33,545 bases of DNA, taken from positions 1-33,545 of the IMG/VR virus record IMGVR_UViG_3300032327_000321; one strand, given 5' to 3'. The stretch is from a virus (lineage: Duplodnaviria > Caudoviricetes). Below the pieces are notes generated by a model that was not told the DNA's origin, ran no database searches, and saw only the letters and a program-made list of their open reading frames with translations. Of the stretch, positions 8,404 to 15,593 are shown in pieces (position 1 is the stretch's first letter; every line of letters begins with the position of its first letter). The translations under genes and the position numbers were made by a program.

Positions 8404-8501
8404 TAGAGTTTTTAAGACATATAGGCTATTTATATTGTTTTTGCATAGATGATATAATTGATGAATTCAATGACTTTAACTTTACAGAAAACGATTTTTA
8501 A
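8400..8501 (+). CDS. 33-aa acidic peptide
   Basis: MIEFLRHIGYLYCFCIDDIIDEFNDFNFTENDF*; ATGA overlap. Confidence 0.5.
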   Translation: MIEFLRHIGYLYCFCIDDIIDEFNDFNFTENDF

Positions 8502-8533
8502 TTAAACAAACTCGGCGGAGTTACGCATAAATT

Positions 8534-8809
8534 ATGGCAACAAATATAAGCATCAAACTAGATGTAACTAAGATTGACAAAGAGAAACTTTACAAAGGTG
8601 ATAAAGGCACTTACCTTGATGCAACTATCTTAATGAAAGATGAAGCAGATCAATATGGCAATATTGGAATGATAGTGCAAAACGTAAGTAAAGAAGATAG
8701 AGATGCTGGCGTTAAAGGTGCAATATTGGGGAATGTGAAATATATTGCTAAGCAAGTGCAACAAGCGAAATCAGTTCAAGTTGATTTGAGTCAAGATTTA
8801 CCTTTTTAG
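8534..8809 (+). CDS. Putative ssDNA-binding protein
   Basis: Small beta-rich protein ending in the SSB-type tip DLPF, in the same operon as ERF. Confidence 0.65.
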   Translation: MATNISIKLDVTKIDKEKLYKGDKGTYLDATILMKDEADQYGNIGMIVQNVSKEDRDAGVKGAILGNVKYIAKQVQQAKSVQVDLSQDLPF

Positions 8810-8835
8810 TTTTCATATTTAGCTTTCGATTAACC

Positions 8836-8866
8836 AGGGGAGTGTTTATACACACCCCTTTTTTTT
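8836..8866 (+). terminator. Intrinsic terminator of the rightward operon
   Basis: AGGGGAGTGT-TTAT-ACACACCCCT hairpin (one mismatch) followed by a T-run, at the convergence with the endolysin gene. Confidence 0.8.
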
Positions 8867-9323
8867 ACCTAAAATATAGTTTAGCTTCTGCTTTTCTTCG
8901 CCTAACTAATCCTGCTAATGTTTGACCATCTGCTTTAGTCCACATAAGAAAAGCATCAACAATAGTTAAGTCTGCTGGATTATAATTAACTCTTTTAAGT
9001 AATGTAGAATTTTTTAAAGCACCAGTTCCACAATTATAAGCAAATGAAACTAAGGCATCAAATTGGCGTTGGTTTACTGCATCTGTAGTCATTGCATCAA
9101 CTTCTTTTGCTTTCTGATTTAGTTCAAACCTCATCCATTCTATTGCTTGTTCTTCAGTACAAGGATAATCTTTCAATGTTACTTTTTTTCCATTAGGGTA
9201 GATAATAGTTCCATATCCTATTGTAGGCACTTTTGCCGGGCATAAATAAGGTTTTGAAAAAAAGCCCTCAAATGATTTAACTAAATCAATACAAGCATCT
9301 GATATTTGTGTAATTTTTGGCAT
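8865..9323 (-). CDS. Endolysin, GH24 lysozyme (T4/P21-like)
   Basis: FEG-x5-YLCPAKVPTIGYG catalytic E-x8-C-x5-T pattern, QFDALVSFAYNCG and GLVRRRKAE. Confidence 0.93.
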   Translation of the reverse strand: MPKITQISDACIDLVKSFEGFFSKPYLCPAKVPTIGYGTIIYPNGKKVTLKDYPCTEEQAIEWMRFELNQKAKEVDAMTTDAVNQRQFDALVSFAYNCGTGALKNSTLLKRVNYNPADLTIVDAFLMWTKADGQTLAGLVRRRKAEAKLYFR

Positions 9324-9335
9324 AAATTATATTTA

Positions 9336-9581
9336 TTAATTTTCTATTTTTCTATAATTATTATCCCAAATTAATTTAGCCATTTCTGCGGAGTGTCCTT
9401 CAACTTTTATTTCAGACCATTTTGGGTTTTGTATGTGTACAATTTCGTGAATTAGTGTTTGCAGATGTTGAACTCCTTTCAACCTTTCGTCTATGTATAT
9501 TACACCTGTTTCTTTGTATGCAAGTCCTATGGCTTTGTGTTTGCCAAGTTTTTTGTGTACTATTTCGTTTACAGATTTCAT
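9336..9581 (-). CDS. Minimal HExxH zinc metallopeptidase-like protein (ImmA/IrrE-like fold)
   Basis: GLAY..IYID..TLIHEIVH..SE. Confidence 0.65.
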   Translation of the reverse strand: MKSVNEIVHKKLGKHKAIGLAYKETGVIYIDERLKGVQHLQTLIHEIVHIQNPKWSEIKVEGHSAEMAKLIWDNNYRKIEN

Positions 9582-9772
9582 CGGATTCCTAAAAAATCTT
9601 TCAACCCATCTAAATCAATAGTATCATTTTTTATACCCTCATTTTCACCAATAATTTTATGAAAAATTATTTTATTTTTTACTATTTGTTTGGCTTCTGA
9701 TTTACTATCTGCTTCGATAATAGTTTTCATTTTTTTGCCAAATATTTCAAAGTAAATTATGTATGTTTTCAT
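9578..9772 (-). CDS. Hypothetical protein
   Basis: ATG 9772 (MKTYIIYFE) is preferred to TTG 9799, which lies in a palindrome. Confidence 0.65.
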   Translation of the reverse strand: MKTYIIYFEIFGKKMKTIIEADSKSEAKQIVKNKIIFHKIIGENEGIKNDTIDLDGLKDFLGIR

Positions 9773-9793
9773 AGTGTTGATTATTTGCTTTAT

Positions 9794-9823
9794 TGTCAAG
9801 TATTATGCTCATTATAGTTGACA
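9794..9823. repeat. Imperfect intergenic palindrome TGTCAA-N18-TTGACA
   Basis: 6-bp perfect arms plus partial internal symmetry. Confidence 0.55.
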
Positions 9824-9825
9824 TA

Positions 9826-10830
9826 TTACATCACTTCGCCATTATATATACGGTAATTTCTAAACTTAAACTTCCCTTTCTCACTTACATCAATCATTGC
9901 GAATCCATGATTCCACTTATTCATTGGTAACCACTTCGGAGTCAAACCACATAAACAACCTACACTATAAGTTGTCATTAATTTTCCAAAGATATTTGGT
10001 TCTGTGTGTTCGCTTGAAGTATGGCAATCGCCCTTTACTGCTGAATGTTTAGCTTGCAGAAATAAACCTCTTGCTGCGTTTACCGGGTTGAATACACCAC
10101 GACCGAATTCGTGACCATGAATAAAAGGCAACCCATTCATTACAACTATTCTTTTATCCCTTATTATGCTAATATTAGGGCATCTTTTCTTTACTATAGC
10201 TTCCAATTCAAACTCCTCAACTCCCTTTAATTCGTGGGCTTTCTGATAAAGAAAACTATCATACCTTTCTTCATGGTTGCCGAACTTGTAATATATCTTT
10301 GCACCTTTAAATATTTTTTGCAACTCGGCAATAAATTCCTGCAAAATATCTAGTTCCTCGCTAAATCTTTTTTTACGTGGGTCTTTTTGAAAATAACTAA
10401 TCGAATGAAAGTCCACTAAATCCCCATTGATGAAAATAAAATCAGGACTTTCTTTTTTAGCAAAGTCAATGGCAGCAGTTAATGCCGAAACTGAATGATA
10501 AGGTAAATGAATATCATTAATAATAAATCCTTTTTTATGCCCTTTAATATGGAATAACTCAAAACTTTCCTCATCAGATTTCGGCAAAATGTAAGGTGTA
10601 GTCGTTCTATTTTTTTCTGTAAAAAGTGTTTTATCTTTCATTTTTGCTTTGTTAGCTGCTCCACTTTTACCCTCAACTAATCTTATGCAGCTTCTAGCAC
10701 TTTCTACATTTGTGAAGCATTCAGGATGCTTTTCATACATTATTCTAGCTAGCTTAGCAGTTGGAATATCAGCACCATATTTTAATCTAAATTCTCTTGC
10801 AATATTTAATTTAGTTGGTTTTGCTTGCAT
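9826..10830 (-). CDS. Calcineurin-like metallophosphoesterase with an N-terminal helical extension
   Basis: DIH, GDLVD, GNHE, HGHE and a variant final motif GDCH. Confidence 0.88.
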   Translation of the reverse strand: MQAKPTKLNIAREFRLKYGADIPTAKLARIMYEKHPECFTNVESARSCIRLVEGKSGAANKAKMKDKTLFTEKNRTTTPYILPKSDEESFELFHIKGHKKGFIINDIHLPYHSVSALTAAIDFAKKESPDFIFINGDLVDFHSISYFQKDPRKKRFSEELDILQEFIAELQKIFKGAKIYYKFGNHEERYDSFLYQKAHELKGVEEFELEAIVKKRCPNISIIRDKRIVVMNGLPFIHGHEFGRGVFNPVNAARGLFLQAKHSAVKGDCHTSSEHTEPNIFGKLMTTYSVGCLCGLTPKWLPMNKWNHGFAMIDVSEKGKFKFRNYRIYNGEVM

Positions 10831-10833
10831 ATT

Positions 10834-11484
10834 TTAAAAAGGTAGTTTAAAACCCCTTACGAAATTAAACACTTTAAAACCAAAGTAACAAAAAATTATA
10901 ATAAACAATAGCCAAAAGTTAAACTTCCATTTATTGATTAATTTTTTATTAATGGTTAAATCCTTATTTAGCTTTTCAATTTCTTTATTATTGTCATCAA
11001 TAACGCTTTTTAATTGAACATTAAAATAAGTCAATCTACTATTCTCAATACCCATATTATAAAGGCTCAATGTATCTTTTTGAGTTACTATTTTAGTGTG
11101 ATAATGATCAATGTAAATAGTGTCAAATGGCAACTCATTATAAATGCTATCTATGTTTATTTCAGGACATCCTTTCAAAAGCTGGGCTTTCAATTTATTA
11201 ATGACATTTATGTCTTGCACCCTTACTATTTTAGTAGTAATTGAATCCTTTACTATTGTCTTAATTTCAATAGGGAAGTTTGTGGCACAGACTCTACTAA
11301 TTAAATCTTTTTTCTTTTCCTTATAACTACTATCAACATCACTATTAACTGCCTTATATGGCTTTAATGCTTTCTTTTCAGCATTGCAGCTTTGCAGTCC
11401 TATTATAGTAGCAAGTGTAAGTATTAATGCAATTAATAAAACTAATTCTTTATTTGGCGGATACTTCAAAACGTGATGTGACAT
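10834..11484 (-). CDS. Putative unimolecular spanin (lipoprotein with C-terminal TM)
   Basis: Hydrophobic signal with lipobox LQS-C, a coiled coil, and C-terminal TM FWLLFIIIFCYFGF; lies in the lysis cluster. Confidence 0.7.
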   Translation of the reverse strand: MSHHVLKYPPNKELVLLIALILTLATIIGLQSCNAEKKALKPYKAVNSDVDSSYKEKKKDLISRVCATNFPIEIKTIVKDSITTKIVRVQDINVINKLKAQLLKGCPEINIDSIYNELPFDTIYIDHYHTKIVTQKDTLSLYNMGIENSRLTYFNVQLKSVIDDNNKEIEKLNKDLTINKKLINKWKFNFWLLFIIIFCYFGFKVFNFVRGFKLPF

Positions 11485-11506
11485 ATTAATCTTTATTTAT
11501 AAATTG

Positions 11507-11543
11507 ATGTAAGTAACAAGCATGTAACACTTGTTACTTAGAT
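11507..11543. repeat. Intergenic inverted repeat (14-bp arms, 1 mismatch) with several GTAACA/TGTTAC units
   Basis: ATGTAAGTAACAAG-CATGTAACA-CTTGTTACTTAGAT. Confidence 0.8.
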
Positions 11544-11554
11544 GTTACTTTTTT

Positions 11555-11788
11555 TTATGAAGTTTTTGTATATTCCTCTCCATTGGCTAAAACAACTTCA
11601 AGGGTATTTAATATTCCACTTAACCCTACTCTAAGCCATAACATTATTAAACTATTTTCAGTATAACCCATAGCTAATAACATTACTATTGATGTATCAC
11701 TTAACATTGTCAAAGCTCTTTTTAATTTTCTAAACCATTTAGGTGCCGGCTTGTTTGCATTGTCTAGTGATGCTGTAATTTCTGCCAT
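11555..11788 (-). CDS. Putative holin/antiholin
   Basis: 77 aa from ATG 11788: KPAPKWFRK followed by two hydrophobic segments; lysis cluster. Confidence 0.6.
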   Translation of the reverse strand: MAEITASLDNANKPAPKWFRKLKRALTMLSDTSIVMLLAMGYTENSLIMLWLRVGLSGILNTLEVVLANGEEYTKTS

Positions 11789-11789
11789 A

Positions 11790-11957
11790 TTATTTAGATT
11801 TTTTAATGTAGTAACGAATTGCAAAACAACCTGCAACAATACTTACACAACTAGCAGCTAATGTAAATATAGGCTGTATTGATGTGATGCTTAGGTATGT
11901 TCCCAATGCAGAAATTAAAACTAAAATTTTACCTGCAAAAGTGTCTTGATGTTGCAT
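11790..11957 (-). CDS. Putative holin, 55 aa, two TM segments and a basic C-terminus
   Basis: MQHQDTFAGKILVLISALGTYLSITSIQPIFTLAASCVSIVAGCFAIRYYIKKSK*. Not in the ORF track; fills the gap exactly. Confidence 0.7.
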   Translation of the reverse strand: MQHQDTFAGKILVLISALGTYLSITSIQPIFTLAASCVSIVAGCFAIRYYIKKSK

Positions 11958-11958
11958 T

Positions 11959-14196
11959 TTATTTATTTAAAATTTTTTCTAATTCTTTAACCCTCGCCTC
12001 AAGCTGTTGAATAGCTTTAACCATTGCAACATAAATCGCTTCGCTTTCTAAACCTAATTTGCTTTCAGGATTTTCAGGCTCTAATTTTCTAACTATTTTA
12101 GGCATTATGTTTTGAACATCTTGAGCAATAAAACCATATTTTAAATATGTTTTAGTACTATCTGAATTATAATAATAAGTTTTAGGTTTTAATCTTAATA
12201 TTTCATTTAATCCATAAGGTATATCTTCTATATTATTTTTTAAAGTACTATCAGATGGATTTGTAGAAGTAAGTACACCTGAATTACTATAAACTATTCC
12301 AGTTGCTAATGATGATAAAGTAACATTACCATTACCTTTTACATTAAATAAAGAACCTCCACCAATGCCATTTTCTACTTGTAAAATAATTTCTCCACTT
12401 GCTAATGTAGTTCTATTTGTTGCACCATTCCATTTATATCCAACAAAATCAATACAGGGAGCTGTTGGTGATGTACCACCTTGATAACCTATAAATGCTA
12501 ATGGTATGCTTGTATTTACACCACTTCCCGTAAATCCAGCATATTGAATGCCTCCATTTGTTCCACTATATGGTCCTGTAAATGCCATTGTCGTACTACT
12601 TATTGCTGGATTAAATGATACACTTGAATAATTAGGTGTAGTAGCATCTGCATCATTCATTTGCCAAGTTGGATTTTGACCAGCTGTGGGTGTAGTTATG
12701 TTTATATATGGAGTTTGAATGCTATTAGAAAATATATTTGTATTAGTCCAAGTATAGTTTTTAGTAGTATCTATTCCTATTGTTCCTGTTGTTGTTATTG
12801 GAGAAGTACCGGTAATTCCACGACCTAAAGTAATGCTTGTTACTGTTCCTGTTCCTTTTGTAGATACATTGGTATTAACGCTATCTATCTTTTTTTGCAA
12901 TAACAATTTAGTAGCTAAAATAGAAGTATCAGCTATTATCGTTCCACTTGTTGTTATTGTTCCACCACTTAAACCATTTCCAGTTGAAATGCTTGTTATT
13001 GTTCCAGTAGTGCTTGATGTTCCTGCACCTATTGCTGCTCTAAATGAAGTTGAATCTAAAGTTGAAATAGTATTATCTGCATTTATTTGTGTGAATCTTT
13101 TTGCAGATGGGTTAGGTAGTGTGTAAAAATTATCTCCTACTGTTGTAGAGCCTAAGTTAGTTCTTGCCGTTGCTGCTGTACTTGCACCAGTACCACCTCT
13201 ATTTATTGCTACATTTGATCCATTCCATGTTGCAGAAGTTATTGAACCTGCATAATCGAATGTGTTTGTTGACCAGCTTACATTTGATGGTGCTTGCGAA
13301 TGTGCATCCCATAAACCAGCAGCAGTTTGATTATCTATCAATTCTATAATTACATTAGCACCTGATGGAATAGATTTAACTAAAGTATTTGAATTATTAT
13401 TAACTGTTATAGTACCTTGACTTTGATTATTATTAAATGTAAATAATGCTCCAAGTGGTAATGTTTGAGCATTCGGAAGTTTTATTGTTTGCCCATCTCT
13501 ACCAGTAATTAAATAATATGGCGTTGAATTAACTGTTAATATTATTGGAGTTGTAGTTGCATCTATTGAAGTAAATCCATAAAAGAAATTGTTTGCACTA
13601 ACATTATTGCTACCATAACTGCTATAAGGTACATATCCAGTTAATGATGCACTTGTTAAATATGCTTTTGGGTTACTTGAATAAGGATAATAACCACCAG
13701 CAATTGAGTCTGATTTATTTAATTTTAAATTAATTCTATTACTAAGTGAAGCAGTATCTGTTGCATTTAGTTTTAGATTAATACGATTAGATAGTGAAGC
13801 AGTATCAATTTTTCTTAAATAAGGAGTTAGCATTGCAGCTGTATCAGTATATTTCACACGAAGATTAATTCTATTGCTTAATGATGTGCTATCAAATGGT
13901 ATAGGGTTATTTGCTAGAATAGCACTATCAACTTGATTCTTTCTGTAATACCTAACTAAAAAAGCAGTATCTGTTGTGCTGATTGTTTTCCATTTAGTAC
14001 CACTCCAAGCATAACAAGTAGCATCTATCTGAGCGATACCTAACTTATTGTTAGTGGTATCTGTAGGCAATATTAAACCGCCTCTAAATTTGCCTCGTTG
14101 CCAGTTCCATCCATAGTCAACACTTTTAAAATATTTAGTTGTGTCTTGTGCAAATGCTACACCCCAACACATCAATAATGCTAAAACTAATCTCAT
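11959..14196 (-). CDS. Tail fibre-like protein with C-terminal peptidase S74 intramolecular chaperone and N-terminal signal-peptide-like sequence
   Basis: SDSTLKNNI...YGFIAQDVQ...KAIQQLEARVKELE (S74 plus coiled coil); GGTGASTAATARTNLG fibre motif; Thr/Ser/Gly-rich; SLSNRINL three times. Confidence 0.85.
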   Translation of the reverse strand: MRLVLALLMCWGVAFAQDTTKYFKSVDYGWNWQRGKFRGGLILPTDTTNNKLGIAQIDATCYAWSGTKWKTISTTDTAFLVRYYRKNQVDSAILANNPIPFDSTSLSNRINLRVKYTDTAAMLTPYLRKIDTASLSNRINLKLNATDTASLSNRINLKLNKSDSIAGGYYPYSSNPKAYLTSASLTGYVPYSSYGSNNVSANNFFYGFTSIDATTTPIILTVNSTPYYLITGRDGQTIKLPNAQTLPLGALFTFNNNQSQGTITVNNNSNTLVKSIPSGANVIIELIDNQTAAGLWDAHSQAPSNVSWSTNTFDYAGSITSATWNGSNVAINRGGTGASTAATARTNLGSTTVGDNFYTLPNPSAKRFTQINADNTISTLDSTSFRAAIGAGTSSTTGTITSISTGNGLSGGTITTSGTIIADTSILATKLLLQKKIDSVNTNVSTKGTGTVTSITLGRGITGTSPITTTGTIGIDTTKNYTWTNTNIFSNSIQTPYINITTPTAGQNPTWQMNDADATTPNYSSVSFNPAISSTTMAFTGPYSGTNGGIQYAGFTGSGVNTSIPLAFIGYQGGTSPTAPCIDFVGYKWNGATNRTTLASGEIILQVENGIGGGSLFNVKGNGNVTLSSLATGIVYSNSGVLTSTNPSDSTLKNNIEDIPYGLNEILRLKPKTYYYNSDSTKTYLKYGFIAQDVQNIMPKIVRKLEPENPESKLGLESEAIYVAMVKAIQQLEARVKELEKILNK

Positions 14197-14927
14197 ATTT
14201 TATTTCTATTTAAAATTTGTAATACTTGTTCAGGTTGTAACTCATAATCAAACGTTATTTGACCTGTTACATCGTTGAATGAGTACATTGTAGGATCAAG
14301 TAATTTATCGCCCTGGAATACGCTAAGAATGCCCCTATTTATTAATGCTGCTATTGTTACATTGTAACCTTCCGAACCATTGCAAATGTAAACAGTATTT
14401 GCAATATATTTTGCATCATACCACATAGGAACTCCGCTGCTATCTGTAGGGCTTTCAAAAGTTATATTTTGTGCAGGAACTTGACAACGATCCGAACCAT
14501 AAGCAGTAGCAATTTGAACATCTAAACTAACACCAGCATTCATATCTTGCAACTTGTATTTGCTAATATCAAAATTGTTGTCTGTTGAAATAAACCACGA
14601 ATTTTGATAGTTGCTAAAATTAAGCATAGCCATGTAGTCCTGTGCAATCGAAGCTAAATCGCTTTTGATTTCAAATTCATTCAAACTGCTATCTGTTGCA
14701 ATATCCATCAAATCCAAAAAATGAAAAGTAAAATTGTAATAAATCATTTTATCAACTTTACTAATTTTACCAGTAGGATTTAACTCAACAAAGCAAGCTG
14801 GATATGTAATATCCCCATGTGCTAAAAACTGCTCAATGTCACCAATATAAAAATATTTAATTTGCGAGTGACTTTGTGCTAGTGTTTGCAGTCTGTATAT
14901 TATTTGCTTTAGTGTTAGTGGTATCAT
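14193..14927 (-). CDS. Putative tail terminator/neck protein with C-terminal beta-rich extension
   Basis: Follows the adaptor gene. ITYPACFVE..FHFLD..GVSLDVQI pattern resembles gp17/gpU-like proteins. Confidence 0.55.
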   Translation of the reverse strand: MIPLTLKQIIYRLQTLAQSHSQIKYFYIGDIEQFLAHGDITYPACFVELNPTGKISKVDKMIYYNFTFHFLDLMDIATDSSLNEFEIKSDLASIAQDYMAMLNFSNYQNSWFISTDNNFDISKYKLQDMNAGVSLDVQIATAYGSDRCQVPAQNITFESPTDSSGVPMWYDAKYIANTVYICNGSEGYNVTIAALINRGILSVFQGDKLLDPTMYSFNDVTGQITFDYELQPEQVLQILNRNKI

Positions 14928-14988
14928 TTTGTTTTGCTAAGTAAACCTTTAATTTTTCTATAGTTTTTTTGCTAATTCCTTTGCTCAT
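14857..14988 (-). CDS. Possible short basic peptide (MSKGISKKTIEKLKVYLAK...)
   Basis: ATG 1 nt after the adaptor stop; fills the gap but overlaps the next gene by 71 nt. Confidence 0.35.
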   Translation of the reverse strand: MSKGISKKTIEKLKVYLAKQNDTTNTKANNIQTANTSTKSLAN

Positions 14989-14989
14989 A

Positions 14990-15592
14990 TTATGGGTTAT
15001 AATTTGGATAAGGTAATATGTTCGCCCTTGTTTTTTGGTTACTACGTCTTGAATAACCATCTTTAGGGAAGTCATTTTCATCACCTAAATAAATTGGTGT
15101 AGTATAAGAAGTACGATCAGGGAATACAGTGTCAATGCCACCAGTAACATTGACATATTCAGGATAAAGACCACCATTCTGAATAATAAATAACCTTGCT
15201 CTCTTCATATAATGCTCTGCACGTTGCTTATACTTAGTCTTTAACAAGTTAATTTCTAATAAGTTTGGATTAGTTGACTTATCAGCGTTAGTAGTAGTTA
15301 ATCCAGTATTCCAAATCTGATAATTAATGCTTCCAATAACTTCGCTAACAACTAGCCAGCACATCGCATCTATTAGATAACTATCAACTAAAGTCTTATA
15401 ATTGCCAGCTAAAGTATTAGCTGCAATATCATTTTGTAATTTTACAAATAATTTGCTCCCTAACATTGGCATCATTACCATATCCTGAATAGTTTTAATT
15501 TCAGGATAAATAAGCTTATCATCAACATTTGAATGTAGTGCTGTTCTGTCTTTTACAACGCTCGGCATTACAAGTAAGGTATTAGCACTCAT
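14990..15592 (-). CDS. Putative head-tail adaptor
   Basis: Helical 200-aa protein directly after the portal gene. Confidence 0.55.
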   Translation of the reverse strand: MSANTLLVMPSVVKDRTALHSNVDDKLIYPEIKTIQDMVMMPMLGSKLFVKLQNDIAANTLAGNYKTLVDSYLIDAMCWLVVSEVIGSINYQIWNTGLTTTNADKSTNPNLLEINLLKTKYKQRAEHYMKRARLFIIQNGGLYPEYVNVTGGIDTVFPDRTSYTTPIYLGDENDFPKDGYSRRSNQKTRANILPYPNYNP

Positions 15593-15593
15593 A

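Noticed and set aside
13710-13895. Repeats in the fibre gene as a CRISPR array or DGR template/variable repeat
   Set aside because: They are protein-level repeats with synonymous divergence. There are no spacers, and no cas or reverse transcriptase gene was seen.
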